Shown: piece after piece, positions 1 to 12,436 of the stretch
Layout: every line of letters begins with the position of its first letter
Numbering within the stretch: position 1 is the first letter of the stretch
Source of the DNA: Caecitellus pseudoparvulus
Taxonomy: Eukaryota > Protista > Bigyra: Bicosoecida
NCBI GenBank assembly: GCA_965644315.1
Contig: CBFFRQ010000069.1
Span: 434,001-498,000 of the forward strand
Reading direction: 5' to 3'
DNA: 64,000 nt
Notes under the pieces: generated by a model
The model's database searches: none
Seen by the model: the letters and a program-made list of their open reading frames with translations, nothing else
Told to the model about the DNA's origin: nothing
Position numbers and translations under genes: made by a program

Positions 1-1404
1 CCCGAGGCCGACTCCATCGCTGCAGCTGGGCGGCTGGCCGAGGCTGTGGACACCCTCATGGCTGTGGAGAAGCGTGCGCGGCTGGTGCGTGCAGCCTGTC
101 TTGGCCGTCGCGTTTCGGCACAGCTACGTACTGGACCGCCAACCCGCTGACATTGCAGAGTTCGGACAGCACCAGCACTGAGCGAGCCGTGAGGCACATC
201 ATCAAGCTTGCTGCACAATATGGCACGTTGTCCAACGTTGTGGAGTACATCATGGTCCTCAGCAAGCGCCGAGCACAACTGACCAAGGTGAGGTGAAACG
301 CCAGGCAGGCGTTTCACCACGCCGGCTTGCCCACGCATCCCCCGCTCCCTGTCGCACTTGCAGGCCATCATTGGCATTGTGCAAGAGGGTGTCACTGTGC
401 TGGAAGGAGTGGTGGACACTGAGGAGCGTGTGACCCTGATTGACGCCCTGCGCACTGTCAGCGAGGGGAAGATCTTCGTGGAGGTGGAGCGGGCTCGCCT
501 CACCCAGCACTTGGCCAACATTCGGGAGGCACAGGGCAGGGTGACGGAGGCCTGTGATGTGCTGCAAGAGGTGCAAGTGGAGACTATCGCAGACATGGAC
601 AGCCGGGAGAAGGCAGAGTTCCTGCTGCAGCAGATGCGCCTGACGCTGGCTGTGGAGGACTGGGTGCGCAGCGGCATCATGGCCGGCAAGGTCAGCCGCC
701 CCATCCTGGCCAAGGAAGGCTTCGAAGACCTCAAGCTGCAGTTCTATGACCTGCTCATCACCCTGCACTCGCACGAGCAGGACACGTGGGAGCTGCACCG
801 CGACTACCTGGCTCGGTACGAGACGCCTGGCATCCACGAGGAAGCGCTGCACCGGCAGCAAGCCATGTCCTATGCTGTGCTGTACTTGGCCATGACGGAG
901 TGGAGTGACTCGGTGCGGGACACGATGAAAGAGTTCCTGCAGAAGAAGCACGTGACAGAGGAGCTGCCGCCCTGCGCTGCGCTGCTGCAGGCCCTTGTGA
1001 CCCCTGAAATCATTCAGTGGCCCCTGGCGGGCGGCGCCAGCAACATCCCCCAGCACAGCCTGTTCACCAGCAACCCTGCCAACCTGGACACCCTGCACCG
1101 GAGGGTAGTGCAGCACAACCTGCGCGTGATCAGTGCATGCTACACCCGCATCCGCTTCCCACGCATGTGCGCGCTGCTGGGCCTGGAGCCCGCCACGGCC
1201 GAGAAGGAGCTGTCAGACCTCGTGACGTCCGGCACCGTGTACGCGCGCATCGACCGCCCAGCAGGTGTGGTGTCCTTCGTGAAGCCACAGGCTGCCCCGG
1301 AAGTGCTGGGGGAGTTCGCCGGCAACTTGCGGGAGGTGCTGGGCCTCATTGAGACGACGAACCACCTCATCCAGCGCGAGTACATGGTGCACAAGATGCA
1401 TTGA
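1..1404 (+). CDS. RPN5: 26S proteasome lid subunit RPN5/PSMD12 (5' end outside window; introns 85-158 and 288-363)
   Basis: Spliced frame reads AVEKRARL|SSDSTST...LSKRRAQLTK|AIIG; diagnostic motifs EGKIFVEVERARLT, LQEVQVET and the PCI end ARIDRPAGVVSF; GT-AG introns keep the frame. Confidence 0.95.
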
Positions 1405-1432
1405 GGGGCAGCTGTGACATGGGGCTGGAAGT

Positions 1433-1816
1433 TCACGCCCAGAAGTGCCGCTTCAACTCCTCTTTCGCTGCCGCGTGGCCTGCCTTGGCAGCCGCCTTCA
1501 ACCACCGCTTGCCTGCGAACTCGCTGGCCCTCACGCCTTCACCATTGGCGTACGCCTTGCCGATAATGAATGCAGCTTCAGCACAGTCAGCTTCGGCTGC
1601 CTCTTGCAGCATGTCCACTCCAGCTTGCACGTCCTGCTTCACTCCTTCCGCCCCACTGTGCTGGCGTTTCGTTCACGTGCACAGCTGAAACGCCAGCCAT
1701 GCCGGCGCGCACACTCACGACAGCAACAGCTTACCAAACGCAAGCTTAGCGTCTACGTCCCCTTCTTCTGCGCTGGTTTTCAATGCGGCCACATCCACGG
1801 TGCCAGTCGCAGCCAT
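1433..1816 (-). CDS. Small Sel1-repeat protein (intron 1656-1718)
   Basis: MAATG...AEEGDVDAKLAFGKLLLS|GAEGVKQDVQAGVDMLQEAAEADCAEAAFIIGKAYANGEGV...WLKAAAKAGHAAA matches Sel1 repeats; GTGAGT...CAG intron joins the two ORFs in frame. Confidence 0.8.
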
Positions 1817-1967
1817 CGTGCTCAGACAGCAAAAGGATGGCAGGCAGCCGACACGCCTGGTGCTGGCGGTGGCTTCGATGCAATGAGGTGGGCCCGATGT
1901 CAATGATCCCTAAGTTGCCGAAAAAGTACCTCGCCGACGGTGTTTTGAATCTTTTCCCCTGCTGCTT

Positions 1968-3593
1968 TCACTGGCATGTACTGGGGTCGTCCAGCTTGAG
2001 AGCACCCGCTTCGGCCGATGTGCGCCCATGAGCAGTCGGCGCCCCCGCAGCTGCGACGGGAGCTTCCGCGGACGCAGAGCACTGAGAAGGTGGCACTTCA
2101 CCAATCGCACCTGGTTGTGCAGCCTCTGCCGCCGTTGCGGGGGGGGGTGAGCAGGATTTCCTCATGGCCAGCGTCTGGTCCGCGACCTGGCCCACCGTCA
2201 GGCCTTCGCCGGCAGCAAGCCGGCCCACGCCCCACTGCAGCATGTGCAGGAAGTGCAGGACTGTGCCTTCGTCCCACATGCTGGGCAAGTATGTGATGGC
2301 CAGGGTCAGCCGGCTCACTGCCGTGAACGCGACGAGGTTGAAGCGGTCCAGCGGCGTCTCTGGGCGCCGATCCCCCCACACCAGGCCAGCATCCACCACG
2401 TGGCAGGGCGCCGTGACGCTGGCCAGGCCAAGCGAGTCCAGGTTTCCGTAGCTGTTCACATTCAAGCAGCAGGGCGCCATGACGTCAAAGGCCAGTGTGC
2501 GGCGGATGATGCTGCCGTCGGCCTTGGCAGCGAGCATGGCATGTCGCAGGCGCCGAGCCACCTCCCACACACACGTTTCCGGGGCGACTTGGAAGGCTGG
2601 CAAAATAGCCACGCCAGTGCATGGCAAGACAGCTGTGGGGGGGATGGCCGGCTTGGCCATGCCGCGCATGTCCACGAACGTTCGCACACGCAGGGAGGTG
2701 GTGGGCTGGTGCCCCGCCTGAAACGCAGAGCTGGACACCGCCCCCAGCGCCTGGAGCGCTGCCCACACTGACAGCCCCTGGCCCGCCACCGCTGCTAGGA
2801 ACGCCGCAGTGTCGCCTTCATTGAGGTCCAGACGCACTTGCCTGTGCTGTGAGGGCTGCGAGGGCTGGGAAGGCGCGGCGGCGGAGGCAGAGTCTGCGCG
2901 AGGTGTCTGCCCCAGGCGCAGCACTGGCGGCACGCCTTCCCTTGCGACGCCAGAGCCACCTGGGTAGTCTGGGCTCAGCGACGCTACAGCGGGGGAGGGC
3001 AGCGCCTCAGACCAGCCGCTGCTGGCGCTGCGCTTGGTCTGGTCAGCGCCAGCAGCGGCACTGTCGGCCAGCGCCGCGCGGAGGGAGGGCAGCCAGTCTG
3101 CAGGTTGGGCCGGATCAGGCGAGGGGGGGGAGCCTGCCAAGGCGGCCATGAGGGACGAGAACAGGAACACCATGCCCCGGGCATCAGTCACGATGTGGTC
3201 AGCGCAGAGGAAGATGGCCTGGCGCCAGGCAGGGCCCTCGCCCACTTGCTGTGGGCTGCTGAGGGCCAGCGCCAGCAAGGGCTCCCGCAGCAGGGTGGAA
3301 GACAGCTCCCACGCAGTCACGTCCACCCACTGTTGAAAGTCTGCAGCGCCATCCCCGCCCTCCAGCAGCTGGCATGGGATGGTCGTGACTTGGTCCGCCT
3401 TCAGCGCCGGGTCGGCTTGGCCAGCCGCGGGGAGGCTGCACCTTGCGAAGGGGTGCGCAGCCAGCATCGCCTCCGCTGCTTTAGAAAGGTGGGCGGGGGT
3501 GAGGGGCTGCTGGCCTTCGCCATCTCCTTCCACCGTCACATGCAGGACAAGAGTGCACTGGGCGCTGTGCAGGTAGTGCTGGACGAGGTTCAT
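1968..3593 (-). CDS. CoA-dependent acyltransferase (condensation domain / PapA5 / alcohol acetyltransferase-like)
   Basis: HxxxD motif ADHIVTDARG, FVDMR motif, C-terminal RLTLAITYLPS; 541-aa uninterrupted ORF. Confidence 0.7.
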   Translation of the reverse strand: MNLVQHYLHSAQCTLVLHVTVEGDGEGQQPLTPAHLSKAAEAMLAAHPFARCSLPAAGQADPALKADQVTTIPCQLLEGGDGAADFQQWVDVTAWELSSTLLREPLLALALSSPQQVGEGPAWRQAIFLCADHIVTDARGMVFLFSSLMAALAGSPPSPDPAQPADWLPSLRAALADSAAAGADQTKRSASSGWSEALPSPAVASLSPDYPGGSGVAREGVPPVLRLGQTPRADSASAAAPSQPSQPSQHRQVRLDLNEGDTAAFLAAVAGQGLSVWAALQALGAVSSSAFQAGHQPTTSLRVRTFVDMRGMAKPAIPPTAVLPCTGVAILPAFQVAPETCVWEVARRLRHAMLAAKADGSIIRRTLAFDVMAPCCLNVNSYGNLDSLGLASVTAPCHVVDAGLVWGDRRPETPLDRFNLVAFTAVSRLTLAITYLPSMWDEGTVLHFLHMLQWGVGRLAAGEGLTVGQVADQTLAMRKSCSPPPATAAEAAQPGAIGEVPPSQCSASAEAPVAAAGAPTAHGRTSAEAGALKLDDPSTCQ

Positions 3594-3736
3594 GCTGCTG
3601 CGGAAATTGCTGCGCTGCCCCGCTCAAAAGCCGAGCTTTATGCAAGCATACATTGAAACCTCCAGTGCCAGCACCGCCAAGAGACATGAAACAAGCTACA
3701 CTAGTCGGCGAAGTGTTTGAAGTACCCCCCCCCTGC

Positions 3737-5229
3737 CTATGCCCCGCCTGTCACCGCCACAATGGAGATAGCAGCTTGGATGCCGCCGACGAGGGCACCC
3801 AACACGCCGCCCAGGAGAATGAGCTTCCACTCATCCGCTTCAAAGACGGGGTGCAGAAGCTGCTCAAAGTCTGCGCTGGGCATCTGGATCATGCGCTCCC
3901 GCAGCGTGGCCTCCACGTCCAGCACCTCCGCCGTGTACTGCTTCACCTTGGCCAGCATGCCTGGCAGCTCCCCCATCATGTGCACGGACAGCTCGTACTT
4001 GACCTGGTCGAACTGCTGCTGGCCCAGAGTGAGGTGCAGGAGCATGCGGCCGCTGGCCACGTAGTCGTCCACGCACTGGCTCATGCGGCGGTGCACCATG
4101 GCGAAGACCTTCTGCGAGGACTTGCCTTGCAGCAGCGCCCGCACCAGCTCAGGCGGGTTGATGACTTTGGAGGAGACGATTTCGCCGTATGCGATGGCCA
4201 CCTCGTCTTGGCGCTGCAGGAACAGCCCGTGCAGCGTGCAGCCGCAGCGGGTCACGGGGTCCACTGGGTTAAAAAGCACAGTCAGGGCGATGTAGTTGGT
4301 GGCGGTGCCGACGATGAGCCCCGCCACGGGCAGGACCCACTCTGCAGGGTACACGATGTACACAGCCATTTGGAGGAGGCCGAAGAGGAAGCCCAGGTAC
4401 AAGCCTGACCGCCGGATGAAGTCGAACTCCTTGGCCCCGCACTGCTGGAAGATGTCCACGATCAGGCCCACATCCTGCATAAGCGTGTCAATGCAGAACT
4501 GCTTCAGGTCGAACACGTTCTCAATGTCATCCTGCATGTCTTGGAAGACCAGGGCGACGTAAGGCAGGCCATGGTCCAGCGCCCGCTGCGTGAGGCTGGT
4601 GCGCATACTCTCGGACAGCACCCCCCACATGCCGGGTGCGTGGGTTGCTGCGGTGGTGTCCAAGACGCGCCGCATGTGGGGGAGCATGTGAGGGCGCAGC
4701 TGCTGGGCCATTTCTTGGGGCTCCAGGCGCGAGAACACCTCGCGCACCGTCAGCAGCTGCCCCGTGATGAGCTCAACGGCAGTCTCGGTCATCTCCTGCG
4801 CAGGCTCCGAGCGGTGCGAGGTTGGCTGGGCGCGGGCACGGCGGCAGCCCGGGTGATGGGGCGACGCACTTTGGCCTTGCTTGGAATGATGCCCTGCCAG
4901 CCCAAGAAGGGTTTGCAGAAACCCACGAACTCCAGCGGGTAAAACGTCATCTGCGGCGGCCGACACAGCTCGGTGCTGGGCTGGCGGCGCGAGGGCTGCA
5001 CAGCTGCTGGGAGCAGCGGGGGCGCCGACTCACCTCCAGTGCCACAACATTCGTGCCCCATCCCACGATGGCAGAGAGGATGGGGATGATGACCACCTGC
5101 AAAAGGGCCCGAGAGGTGGTCAACGAAACACCTGCGAAACGCCCGCTGCCGACTGCGCGAGCCACTCACCAACAAAATGCCCACAGTGCTCCGCAGGGGA
5201 AGTGGCAGGTCATCGTCGGCTTCAGACAT
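3737..5229 (-). CDS. DUF445 family membrane protein (3 introns in the 5' part)
   Basis: Exons IIPILSAIVGWGTNVVALE|MTFYPLEFVG...GWQGIIPSKAK; KEFDFIRRSGLYLGFLFG; C-terminal FEQLLHPVFEADEWKLILLGGVLG. Confidence 0.85.
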
Positions 5230-5425
5230 GCCGCTCGGAGCAGTCCTGCGCCCGCCCTTTGCCGCGGCTCCCACGCTCCAGTCCGACGCAAGGCGGCTTC
5301 GTTTGTGCAGAGCGCTGGCGCAGAGTTGAGGTGGCTGGCCGGTGCAGCTGCAGCGGCTGTCTCTGAGAACGCGCAGATGGGGCGACCCTGGGCACGTCAT
5401 ACCATGCATTTTGTCGCCCTGGCCG

Positions 5426-7144
5426 TCAGTGAGCGGGCTCCACGAACTGCCCCTTGGCCTCGGCAGCCACGATCTCTGCCTTGCGCCACGCAAAGCGCAG
5501 CTGGACGACGCAGAAGTAGAAGGCCGTGATGCCGAAGTACACGGGGAGGCCTGCAGGGGAGAGCACCTTGCTGAAGTACGTCACTGCACCCTCCAGCCCG
5601 ACAGAGAACCCGAGGATGTTCCACATCATCACCAGGTACGTGTTCTGGCTCTGCACCAGCGCCTTTGCTGCGCGGTAGTACCAAGTCTCCCAGTGCGGCT
5701 TCACAGCGGGCAGCATGGCGAACTTGTTCAGGGCGATTTCCGGCGCGAAAATCAAGCCTGACGTCAACCCCCACGCCAGCAGCTTCCAGTTCACCTCGTG
5801 CCACAGCGCCACGAAGACGAAGACGAGGACCGTGTTGCCTGCCTGCGCCAGCCCGCTGACGCCGGAGCCCCCCAGCGGCACGTACACGTACCGCACGAGC
5901 CACCTGTTGAAGGAGCGGTGCCACATGCGCCAGAACTGCTTGTTGGAGAGCATGTTGGAGATGCAGCGGTTCATGTTCTCCACAGGCTGCACGCCGTCCG
6001 TGAGCGCCCACAGGCGGAAGAAGCGCCAGATGACGACGAACTTCAACCAGAGGAAGTGCAGGGCCCAGAAGCCCAGGACAGAGGTGCCCAGTGGAGTCAG
6101 GTGTGCGTAGGCTTTGGAGTACGAGAGGGCGAAGGTGGGGATGAAGTGCAGCCCCAGCTCCAGCAGCAGCCAGGAAGCCAGCACCCTGACGGCATACAGC
6201 GCGACATCCCGCACAGACGCCTCCGCGTTGGCGTGCTTGGCGTAGGACAGCCAAGCGTTGAAGGTGATGGTGGGCCCGGCAAAGTACAGGGGCAAGTAGA
6301 AGCAGTAGTTGAACAGGTGCAGGAGGGAGTACTCCTCAGGCTTGTGGTGGGTCTTGACTCGCCAGGAGTAGCCCCACGGCTCATCCCGGGCGCCGACTTT
6401 AATGGGGCAGGTGCCTTTGGGCATGCTGGCCCAGTGGTGGTCCAGCGCGAAGGACACCAGGCGCAGCATGAGCAGGTTGAAGGGGCCCTGCCAGGAGAAG
6501 GAGAAGAGGCCGGTGTACGCGTCCAGAGGGCGGCCCAGATCCCCCAGCAGGAACGCGAACTTGAACCATGTGGCGCCGTTGATGCCAATGGCCAGGAGGA
6601 AGCTGAGGCCAACACCCCACACCAGACCAGGCACCGCGGGCCCAGCGGTCTTCGTGATGCCGTACGTGATGACCACAGCCAGAACTGGGAAGATGCCGTG
6701 GATGCCATGTGCCAGCACGATGAAGGCGGTGGAGAGGATGGCGTACCAGCACTGCTGCAGCCAGGGGCTGCCACTGCGGCGCAGGGCCCAGCCCACCCCT
6801 GACGCCAAGGCAGCGACGCCGCACAGGAGAGGCGCATTGCTGGTGAAATCTCGGTACTGGGCGTCGGACGAATCGTAGAAGGAGGCACCAGGAATCCACG
6901 CAGATGAGAGGCGAGCGGCACAGTGCTCGTCCTCTGTGCAGTGGGAGCTGAGGGCCATGCCCTGGGGGATGATGATGCCCCCCACCACACCCAGCACGAC
7001 GAGGAAGTAAATCGCCAGCTCAACTCCATCTGGCGCTGGTGTGAAGAGGTGCTCCACAGGCACCCGCTTCGACTTTGTAGCTGCGGCTGGATCTGGCATG
7101 ATAACAGGCAGGTCCTGGTCGGCTGTGCTCTTGCTGTGGGGCAT
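5426..7144 (-). CDS. GUP1: MBOAT family O-acyltransferase, GUP1/HHAT-like (start could extend to 7210)
   Basis: LRLVSF, YLPLYFAGP, ENMNRC, FWRMWHRSFNRWLVRYVYVPLGG and FVFVALWHE (catalytic His). Confidence 0.9.
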   Translation of the reverse strand: MPHSKSTADQDLPVIMPDPAAATKSKRVPVEHLFTPAPDGVELAIYFLVVLGVVGGIIIPQGMALSSHCTEDEHCAARLSSAWIPGASFYDSSDAQYRDFTSNAPLLCGVAALASGVGWALRRSGSPWLQQCWYAILSTAFIVLAHGIHGIFPVLAVVITYGITKTAGPAVPGLVWGVGLSFLLAIGINGATWFKFAFLLGDLGRPLDAYTGLFSFSWQGPFNLLMLRLVSFALDHHWASMPKGTCPIKVGARDEPWGYSWRVKTHHKPEEYSLLHLFNYCFYLPLYFAGPTITFNAWLSYAKHANAEASVRDVALYAVRVLASWLLLELGLHFIPTFALSYSKAYAHLTPLGTSVLGFWALHFLWLKFVVIWRFFRLWALTDGVQPVENMNRCISNMLSNKQFWRMWHRSFNRWLVRYVYVPLGGSGVSGLAQAGNTVLVFVFVALWHEVNWKLLAWGLTSGLIFAPEIALNKFAMLPAVKPHWETWYYRAAKALVQSQNTYLVMMWNILGFSVGLEGAVTYFSKVLSPAGLPVYFGITAFYFCVVQLRFAWRKAEIVAAEAKGQFVEPAH

Positions 7145-7806
7145 GCTGGGGCCCAGTACGCGCTGCGGCCCGCCTGACCAGCTGCGGAATTGGGACACGG
7201 CTCCCGCCACACACCAGTGTGCGAAGAGGAGGCAGCACCACTGCTCTCGACAGTGCTGCTCTCAGACGTGCGTGCACTTCCCTCTCGCGGTGGGAGGAGG
7301 TTTTGCGGAGACGTATGTAATCTGGCGATGTCCGTGGAATGCTGCAGGCGCCGGAATGTGCTTGACTGCGAGTGTGGTGCTGGCTTGAAGGAAGCTCGAA
7401 GCCGCAACTGGCACTGGCCTGTCACAACCCAGGCCCGTGGAGACAGCTGGTGGTGAGCGGGTATACCGTGGGCCTCGCAAGCTGGCTGCCTTCGCGCGTC
7501 TGTGCTCTGCGGCTTGCCAACCTGGCCTTGGAAGTGTGCAGGACCTGCCGTTTCACGCCTGGTGACCGCACACGTGCCTTCGCACAGTGCCGTCACCTGT
7601 TCGCCCCACCAGCTGAGGCCGCCGCGCGCAACACCCACTTCTACACACAAAGGCTCGTCCTCCTGCCTTTCACGGCTGCCTGCTCTGCAAGCGCCACCGA
7701 GACACGTGGATCAGGCGTGGCGCCAGCGTTTCGCTGCACAGCAAGGCAAGCATGGCGTACAGCATCCAGCTACCCTCTGCAGGGGGCAGCAGGCGGTACA
7801 GAGCCA

Positions 7807-9098
7807 TGGCTGACGACTTGTACACAACCTTGCATACTCAGCGCTTGGTGAAGACGTACTCCCGGCACTTGCTGTCGGGGTCGTTTGAGCGCTGCTTTCG
7901 TGGCTCAGATGCTGTGACTGCCCTCATCTCCCGCGGCTTCTGCCGCAACGAGGAAGAAGCCATCACGCTGGGCAATGACCTCGTCGAGCGAGGGTTCATC
8001 GTATCTGTCAAGGGCCTCGGGAAGCGCTTCAAAGGCAAGGCCCAGTCCCTGTACCGCTTCTGGCGCGACGGTGGTGCAGGACGCAAAGGGGAGGTGGTAG
8101 TACCGGGCCCCTCCCCGACAGGGGAGCGAGTGGCACCCATTGCCAGTGGTACCTCTGGGGAGTCTGTCGCCTCCAGTGCGCTGGAGGGCAGCGTGCACAC
8201 GGTGGAGCCTCACGCGAGTGCCCTGAGTCCCCCGCACACTTCCGGCCCCCGATTCGTTCCCCCCTCGCCGCCATCAGCCTCAGCTGCGTCTGCAGCAGCG
8301 GCGGCTGCTGCCAGATCCACTGCCAGCAACAGCAGCCTTGGCATCGCCCAAGTGCACAAGCGAAGGGGGGGCTCAGAGGGCCGGCCCACCCCCCTGCGGG
8401 CCCCCTCGCCGCCGGCTGAGGACACTCGGGCCACCGCATTCCCCTTCCCGCAGTTCGGCATGGTGGACGAGGTGGGCGGCGGCGATGGCGGCGGTGGCGG
8501 CGGCAGTGTGGGGGAAGACAGCATGCTGCGGCAGCTGGCCGAGCAGCTGGCTGACACGCAGGAAGCCCTCGCCCACGTCAACGCCCGGCTCGCGTGGAGC
8601 TCGCAAAGCGCTGACCTCGCCGCGTCCGGCACATGGCCTGCTGTTTTCGGCCGCTTCCTGGTGGTGGAGCTGCTCCCAGGTGCTGCCTCTGGCACTGCCA
8701 TTGACCAGGCAGACCCGCAAGCTCTCTTTTTCTTCGTCTTTCGTGCCTGCCTTCTGGTGTCCTTGTTCCTGGCCAGTGGGCAGGCCATCTTGTTCCTGGC
8801 TGGCACCCTCCTTGGCGGGACCACCCCACAGCCCGCGCAGCTGCTGGGGCACCTCGTGGGGCTGGTGGCTGCCCCAGGCTGGCTGGCCACACGCTTCGTG
8901 AACAGCGCCACGCTGGCGGAAGCCCGGGGGCAGGCGGCAGGACTGCCGTCTTCGCCTGCCCCGCAGCCCGCCGCCTCAAGCGCCCTGCTGCCGGCTCGGG
9001 AGGTCAGTGTGGCGGAGTTGCTGCAGAGTCTGGATGGCCAGCCAGACGAGGGCGCGGTGGGAGGGGGCTTGCGCAAGCGTGGCTCGGGGGACATGTGA
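7807..9098 (+). CDS. DEP-domain protein with C-terminal hydrophobic helices
   Basis: CFRGSDAVTAL...EEEAITLGNDLVERGFI...F...SLYRF matches DEP; low-complexity linker; hydrophobic stretch ALFFFVFRACLLVSLFLA. Confidence 0.75.
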
Positions 9099-9101
9099 GT
9101 G

Positions 9102-9109
9102 AATGCATT
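9102..9109. terminator. AATGCATT palindrome between convergent stops; candidate bidirectional 3'-end signal
   Basis: Lies in the 36-bp gap between stops at 9098 (+) and 9135 (-); the same hexamer follows most genes in the window. Confidence 0.55.
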
Positions 9110-9134
9110 GCCTGGGCGCGTGCGCCGCCCGTGC

Positions 9135-10386
9135 TCACCTGTGGCTCTTGCCAAAGCCCCCGAAAAAGCCGCCCCCCTCGTACAGGTCCACGGGGGCCTT
9201 ACGCTCTGCCTCCTCCAGCGCACGGCGCCGTGCCGCCTCACGCTGCTGCCGCTTCAGGTCCAGGTGCAGCGCCCTGGCAGCTGCGTCTGCTTCCCTGGCA
9301 GCTGCTGCATCTGCCTCTGCCGCAGCCTGGGCGCAGGAGGAGGCATAGGCGGCGTACGCTGCGTCCTCGTCCCGCTGAGCCGCAGCGGCAGCAGCCTTCG
9401 CAGCCATCTGCTCCGCCTGGGTGGCTTGAATGTCCTTCAGCTGCGACGAGCTGAAGCCCTTCCACTGGTCAGCGCGGGGGCGGGAGCCGTCAGCGCCGAG
9501 CCGCCCCTCCACCAGCTGCCCAGCCTGCGTTTGCACGTGGCGCCGGTCAGCCTCCCGCTCCGCTGCAGCAGCTGCCTCCCGCGCAGCACGGGCGGCCCGC
9601 ATCTGCTCCTTCTGCGCCAACAGCATGGCCCGCTGCGCCGCCTTGGCCTCGGAGTCCCACTGCTGCTCCGCCTCCTCCGCCGCCTTCACGAGGGAGTCAC
9701 TGTACGCAGCGTACGCGGCGTCAGCGTCTCGCTCCGCGGCCTGCCTGGCTGCCTTGTCAGCCAGCAAAGAGGCATTCCAGGACTGCAGTTGCTGCTGCGT
9801 GGCTGCCTTGTGAGCAGCTTCGTCAAACTGCTCGGCTTCAAACACCTGCATGGAAGAGGGCCCCAGGCCCATGCTGTCTGACTCTGTGCGGGGGGGCGCA
9901 TCCTTGGACAGCGCGTGGGGGTCGTTCAGGTCTGCCGTGTCGCTCGGCATGCGCCGCTGCAGCTGCCAGGTTGCCCTCAAGGTATCTGCATCCTTCGCTG
10001 CCGCTTCCATCTGCTCCGCATCAATGTCACGGGCCAGGGCGTGCAGTCTGTCCACATGTGCCGCTGCGAGACGGTGAGGAAACGCGTGTGAAACGCCCCG
10101 CCAACAACTCCTGGCCGTGCTGACGCACCATATGCCTTGTCCTGCTCTTTTTCGGCGCGTGCCCGTGCTTCCTTCTCTGCAATTTGCTCTTGCAGCGCCT
10201 GGTAGTCCTTCTGTGCCACGTGACAGGCGGTGCGAGGCGGTGCATCCGAGCCTGGCGTTGAGAAATGTCGCCACCTGCAACCCTCACCCCAATTGCGCGC
10301 TCCTTGGCATCCAGGAACCGCAAGCGCAGCTCTTCATTGCGCCGCTGTCTGGCAGCTATTGTCGGGTTGCTAGACAACGATGCCAT
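9135..10386 (-). CDS. RIB43A-like flagellar microtubule inner protein (2 or more introns)
   Basis: N-terminal RQRRNEELRLRFLDAKERAIG, DLNDP, GPSSMQVFE, WKGFS, and C-terminal FFGGFGKSHR resemble the RIB43A family. Confidence 0.8.
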
Positions 10387-10522
10387 GCCGACAGCTCGTT
10401 CCCTGCACAGGGCAAGCTCCGCAGCAGACTCGCTCTGCTCCGCTGAGCACGACAGTCTAATGCAGACAAGACAGCGCAGCGTGAAAGGGGGGCTGGATTG
10501 GAGAAAGCAGGCAGGCCTTGGA

Positions 10523-12057
<1,535 letters not shown>

Positions 12058-12436
12058 GGTCACTTGCTTGGAGTCCATCCAATCCAAGCACTGTTGTGGG
12101 CCCTACCTGTGCCGCAACTCCCCTCAAAACACCAAGCCGTCCACGCAGCACTTCAGTGGCTGGAGTGCCGGTGCTCGAGCATCCGAAAGCACGGGGTTGC
12201 GTTGCACACACGCGTAAAATCATGCCGGAAATAAGTGAGAGCAGCTGAAAGGAGTTCGTGTGGAGTGAAATTTGCTCCATCACGTTCCCTTCGCGGCGAC
12301 AAAGTAAGCCTTTGCGTTACAGTGCCCACGCTCATTGAGCGCGTTTGAGATGTTCATGAGCTGAAAGTCGGTGGAGTGGAGCTCTTACAGGGGCCGCGGC
12401 CCCGTCTTGACTCTGAGATGACACATGCATTGGGAA

